Assembly (NCBI GenBank): GCA_964016885.1 | Contig: OZ024745.1 | Span: 52,576,001-52,640,000 of the forward strand | Length of the DNA: 64,000 nt | From: Eledone cirrhosa | Taxonomy: Eukaryota | Reading direction: 5' to 3' | In this document: piece after piece, positions 57,312 through 64,000 of the stretch | Position numbering within the stretch: position 1 is the stretch's first letter | Layout: every line of letters starts with the position of its first letter | Notes under the pieces: model-generated | Database searches by the model: none | Seen by the model: the letters and a program-made list of their open reading frames with translations, nothing else | Told to the model about the DNA's origin: nothing | Program-made: the position numbers and the translations under genes

Positions 57312-57495
57312 GGATTGGCAGTATCGGTAGAAGTTCGGACGCCATGCTTTGACGCATAGAGTTACGGCTCTTGCCATTCTGAGTTCAAATCCCGCCGAGG
57401 TTAACTTTGCCTTTCATCCTTACGGGGTCGATAACATAAAGTACCAGTAATACAGTGGGTAATTGCTGGCCTTGTGCCAAAAGTAGAAATAATTA
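57312..57495 (+). mobile_element. tRNA-derived SINE
   Basis: ggattggcagtatcggtaga..gagttcaaatcccgccgagg..ggggtcgataa..ccttgtgccaaaagtagaaa. Confidence 0.9.
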
Positions 57496-58283
57496 TTATT
57501 AATAGTGGGAGGGACATTGTGTTAGAAATTCGTTGTACATCAGTTCAGTTAATTTCACGTTCATTTCTTTTATTTATTATCGTTTTATTGTCATATAAAT
57601 CTAACTACTTCGCTTGACAGTAGTTCATTCGAAATACAATCTCTCGCCAGTTTTTGTGCAATTATTGAACGTTAGAATTCAAGGAAAAAAAAAAGAAAGT
57701 ATAGGTAACTTTAAATCTGTATTCCATTTCATTTTCAAATTAAGCTGAATGATATATCTACAAGTATATTTCGGAAGTTAAACAACAGAGGTAGTTTTAC
57801 TTCTCCGGCGCTATATAATAAACAATAACAGGTACAGAAAGAAGCAAAATATATTGCTGGCTGAGCTTCGATGTGTAATGGCTGACAGATGATGTATTTA
57901 ATTACGGGTGTAAGTGGTATTCAAATAAAGAATATATAATGTTACTCAGTGGTGTATTTAAACATTTCTCTCCGCTTTAATGTCTTTCAAACAGACTTTC
58001 GTACAACACTGCAGGGATGTAGTAAGACTTGATGTATAAAGATAAATGTAAATCACTCATATAGGTTATATGTTGCTTCTTTGATGTTGTGAGATTGTTG
58101 AGATGCTGAAAGTAGATAACAAAGTATATGAGTTGAGAAATGCTTTAACCAATCAATTGTAATGGAGGTTGGGCATAGTGAATGTTACGCGGTAAAAACG
58201 TACTATATCAGTTGGCGTTTCAATGCAATTTTATCTATATTGTGTATATATATACAATATATATACATATATGCATATGTGAA

Positions 58284-58466
58284 AATGTTCAAGAACCCGA
58301 CCGCAGGGGTCGAGCCATTTCGAATGCTATTTCAGAAATAGCAGTCGAAACGGCTCGAGCTCTACCATCGGGGTCTTGAACATATTCCTATTACTCACTC
58401 TACTACACTAAGTATTGAGTACTCTGGTGCATTTTGGTCCACCTGGTTCCTTACCACACTTCCTTC

Positions 58467-58470
<4 letters not shown>
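58284..58470 (+). mobile_element. Diverged mini fold-back PLE terminal-repeat derivative
   Basis: Hairpin 58284-58383 containing gtcGAAACggctcgagc..tcggggtc, followed by the same tail as 54184-54262. Confidence 0.8.
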
Positions 58471-58517
<47 letters not shown>

Positions 58518-58523
<6 letters not shown>

Positions 58524-58633
58524 GCCCGGAGTTCAGCCGAAAATTTGCTGACTCTTTTCCTAGAACCTAGATATACATACACAGACACACATACGCACAC
58601 ACACATACACACACAAACACACACACACACACA

Positions 58634-58684
<51 letters not shown>

Positions 58685-58743
58685 GGGGGGGATCTAGGAT
58701 CTACGAAAAGAGTCAGGGAATCGTCGGCTCAACTCTGGGCATG

Positions 58744-58745
<2 letters not shown>
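58518..58745. repeat. ~55 bp diverged inverted repeat around a microsatellite
   Basis: atacatgcccggagttcagccg..cctagat versus atctagg..cggctcaactctgggcatgtat. Confidence 0.8.
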
Positions 58746-58780
<35 letters not shown>

Positions 58781-58815
58781 GTATATATATATATGTATAT
58801 ATATATGTATGTATA

Positions 58816-58892
<77 letters not shown>

Positions 58893-58983
58893 CGAAGGAA
58901 ATGTGGTAAGGAACCAGGTGGACCATAACGAACCAAAGTACTCAATACTTAAGGTAGTAGAGTATGTAATAGGAACCAGTAAG

Positions 58984-59077
58984 ACCCCGACAGCTGAGCT
59001 CAAGCCGTTTCGACGGCTAATTCTGGACTAAATGAAAATTTATCCTGGTATTTAAATAGCCGATCTTCTCAAGGGGT
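58984..59077 (-). ncRNA. Hammerhead ribozyme, U3:A8 variant (antisense copy)
   Basis: Reverse complement of 61606-61699. Confidence 0.8.
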
Positions 59078-59636
59078 AATTCCATATATGGTCAAAGTGA
59101 TTGTCAAAAATCAGTAGTAATTCTGTGGTTGCAAATTAGTAGGGGAGATGGTGGCTAAACCTGCCAGTAGGAGAAAGAGGGGAGGGGGTGGAGTAGACCC
59201 AATCAAGCGTTGGTAGTGCCAGCTACAGCTGGGCATGAGGTCAAAGAAGATACAGGGGAGGGGGAGGGGGAGGAAGTCGGAACGGTAGGTAGAACAATGG
59301 GGGGTAGAAATATATAGGAAAGAAAAAATACTGAGAGTGAAGAAAAGCAAATAAGTGTAAAGAAAAAAGTAAAGTAAATTAAATTCTACGACCTAGGTCT
59401 CAGGCTATTGTTAGGCTAGAATAAAATAAAGAAAGAAAGAAGTAAAGAAATAAATAAAGAAAGAAATAACGAAATAAGTAAAAGAACTAGGTGGGACGGG
59501 TTAGGCAAGGACCCTTTTAAGAGGTATAAGTACGTAAATGATACGGTGACGGGTCAACAAAAGGAGCCAAAATACTAAAGAGACTACCACGAAATAAACA
59601 ATAAAGGTTTCCATCCCGGGCCTGCAACGGCCCAGG

Positions 59637-60455
59637 AACATCACAAACAACCTGGTCAAAAACATCTCCCTCCGCATATCCCGTTTGTCAGCTAATGAGC
59701 AGATATTCGATGAACATGCGCCTTATTACAACCAGGCCCTCAAGCGGAGTGGTTTCCGGGAGGAAATGTCCTACTGTCCAGCTCCCATTAGCGGAACCAG
59801 CAGGAGACACCGCCGCTCACGCAATGTAACATGGTTCAATCCTCCCCACAACGCAGAGGTGACAACTCCCATCGGGAAACTATTCTTTAGGCTCATTGAA
59901 AAACACTTCCCATTACAACACCGCTACCACAACATAATTAACAAAAATACCATCAAACTCTCTTACAGCACTACACCAAACTTCGCACAAAACATCGTCT
60001 CCTCTAACAATAAAAAACTCAACCCCGATGGCAGAAATAACCTTAATAGCAGTGGAGAACCGACCAGGAGGTGTAACTGCCCGGATAGATCTATTTGCCC
60101 ACTCGACATTAGATGCAGAGACCGTAATGTGATCTACCAGTGCAACGTGAGGACGGATACCTCCAACAAAGCCTATATAGGACTTACCGCATGTGACTTC
60201 AAGACCCGGCTATACCAACATAGACATACCTTCCGAAACCCGGCCCGGCGTCACGCCACTACACTTTCGGGCCACATATGGGACCTCAAGGACAACAACA
60301 TCACCTATGATCTCACTTGGAGATTACTGTCCAGAGCCAATTCTTACACGGGAGGACGCCGTCCGTGCAATTTATGCTCGGAGGAAACTTTACAAATGCT
60401 GTTTTCGACGGACCAACTCCTAAACAAGAAAGATGAACTGGTTACTGCATGTTAA
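59637..60455 (+). CDS. PLE RT C-terminus, Cys-rich linker and GIY-YIG endonuclease (5'-truncated, premature stop C*H)
   Basis: RISRLSANEQIF..ALKRSGF..RNVTWFNPP..CNC..CPL..C..NVIYQC..YIGLT..FKTRLYQH..TTLSGHIWDLK..CNLCSEE..LLNKKDEL. Confidence 0.92.
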   Translation, partial: NITNNLVKNISLRISRLSANEQIFDEHAPYYNQALKRSGFREEMSYCPAPISGTSRRHRRSRNVTWFNPPHNAEVTTPIGKLFFRLIEKHFPLQHRYHNIINKNTIKLSYSTTPNFAQNIVSSNNKKLNPDGRNNLNSSGEPTRRCNCPDRSICPLDIRCRDRNVIYQCNVRTDTSNKAYIGLTACDFKTRLYQHRHTFRNPARRHATTLSGHIWDLKDNNITYDLTWRLLSRANSYTGGRRPCNLCSEETLQMLFSTDQLLNKKDELVTAC

Positions 60456-61605
60456 CATAGATTGCGTAGGACTTACCTCGCCCTCAAACCCCATAATGAC
60501 CCGGGGGGTAGACTAGGGCTATAACACCCCACTTGCCGATTTTGCAATGGGTAACCCCTGCTTGCCAAGGAAGACGTAAGATCTTCTTTGCTTTCTTTTA
60601 TCGCTTCCTTTATTTCCTTCCCCCCTCTCTCCTTAGTCCTTCTACCCCAGCTCCTCTCCTTTGTCGGCGTCTTTTCTCGCCCACCCGAGGCTGCCCTTTG
60701 GCCCCATGTAGCCTTAGCACCCCCACCACCCCCTCCCCTAGTCTATGATAGATTTGGCGGACTCCGCCCTTTATAGCAGTTGGCTTAGACCCCGGATACT
60801 TGCCCCCTTTTTCCGACCGCTCCCACTATTCTCTGTGCCCTCTATATTTCTTTGTGGCACTTATGCCTTATTTTTTTCGTTTCAGTATTTCTTGCTTCGC
60901 TTTTCTTCTGGGCGGGGTGGATTCTGAATTTATTTCTCCGTATTCTACCTTTATTTCGTACGAACTTTCATGTAGCTTGTTTTAGATCTTTTAGAGTTAG
61001 CATTAGTATATATTTTTCTCGGGACTCAGAATTATTATCTCGTACAAGTTCACTTTGCTGCACTGGGTCGTTGCAGGCCCGGGATGGAAACCTTTATTGT
61101 TTATTTCGTGGTAGTCTCTTTAGTATTTTGGCCCCTTTTATTGACCCGTCACCGTATCATTTACGTACTTATACCTCTTAAAAGGGTCCTTGCCTATACC
61201 GTCCCACCTAGTTCTTTTACTTATTTCGTTATTTCTTTATTTATTTATTTCTTTACTTCTTTCTTTCTTTCTTTATTTTATTCTAGCCTAACAATAGCCT
61301 GAGACCTAGGTCGTAGAATTTAATTTACTTTACTTTTTTCTTTACACTTATTTGCTTTTCTTCACTCTCAGTATTTTTTCTTTCCTATATATTTCTACCG
61401 TTCCTACTTCCTCCCCCTCCCCCTCCCCTGTATCTTCTTTGACCTCATGCCCAGCTGTAGCTGGCACTACCAACGCTTGATTGGGTCTACTCCACCCCCT
61501 CCCCTCTTTCTCCTACTGGCAGGTTTAGCCACCATCTCCCCTACTAATTTGCAACCACAGAATTACTACTGATTTTTGACAATCACTTTGACCATATATG
61601 GAATT

Positions 61606-61699
61606 ACCCCTTGAGAAGATCGGCTATTTAAATACCAGGATAAATTTTCATTTAGTCCAGAATTAGCCGTCGAAACGGCTTGAGCTCAGCTGTCGGGGT
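61606..61699 (+). ncRNA. Hammerhead ribozyme, U3:A8 variant
   Basis: acccc-TTGAGAA-gatcggcta..tagccgtc-GAAAC-ggct-tgagctc-agct-GTC-ggggt. All three stems pair. Confidence 0.85.
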
Positions 61700-61709
61700 C
61701 TTACTGGTT

Positions 61710-61751
<42 letters not shown>

Positions 61752-62111
61752 GATAAATCTACCAAAATATAGATAGTGTCCAATCCGTATGAAGAAACAA
61801 TGTAATCCCAATATCATGAAAAGAGAAGATGTATTCAAAACAGAGTCAAGATAAATTAATAAAAATAATGAATAAAAACAAAGAAACAGTTCCTTATATT
61901 AAAAAATTCATCATTTTACGATCGTTTCTAGGATATATATGTATGTGTTGGTATGTATGTCATATAGATCTATGTAAACATTTTATAAACTATCAGAGGG
62001 AATACATACCTACACATATATATACTGTCTTCAGAAATAATTATTTCTGAAATAATTATTTCTATGTATATATATATATATAGATGAGACATATATCTAT
62101 ATATATATATA

Positions 62112-64000
<1,889 letters not shown>

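Larger units (their letters stand above)
58890..61713 (+). mobile_element. 5'-truncated Naiad-like Penelope element with ~650 bp inverted terminal repeats, in (TA)n
   Basis: 58970-59635 is the near-identical reverse complement of 61063-61713. The RT-EN ORF lies between. Confidence 0.92.

Noticed and set aside
57312-57400. tRNA gene
   Set aside because: The A/B boxes belong to a SINE head and there is no cloverleaf.

Overview
AT-rich, microsatellite-saturated eukaryotic non-coding DNA. The SINE type and repeat content suggest an octopus-like cephalopod (inference). No host gene is recognisable, and almost all listed ORFs are translations of (TA)n/(CA)n/(GA)n. The window is a transposon graveyard: tRNA-derived SINEs, RTE, Tx1/L1 and L2/CR1 LINE fragments, hAT-like transposase relics, a Tc/pogo-like MITE and a helentron-like element. 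It is dominated by Penelope-like elements (PLEs) with GIY-YIG endonuclease remnants, inserted in (TA)n. Reading by eye reveals about 20 type I hammerhead ribozyme (HHR) motifs from about 11 unrelated families. Many sit in ORF-less fold-back (hairpin) elements with an HHR on each strand, or in tandem retrozyme-like repeats. They show variant cores (U3:A8, U4C), long stem II insertions and palindromic loop III. All folds were inferred manually, none is tested, and element boundaries are approximate.
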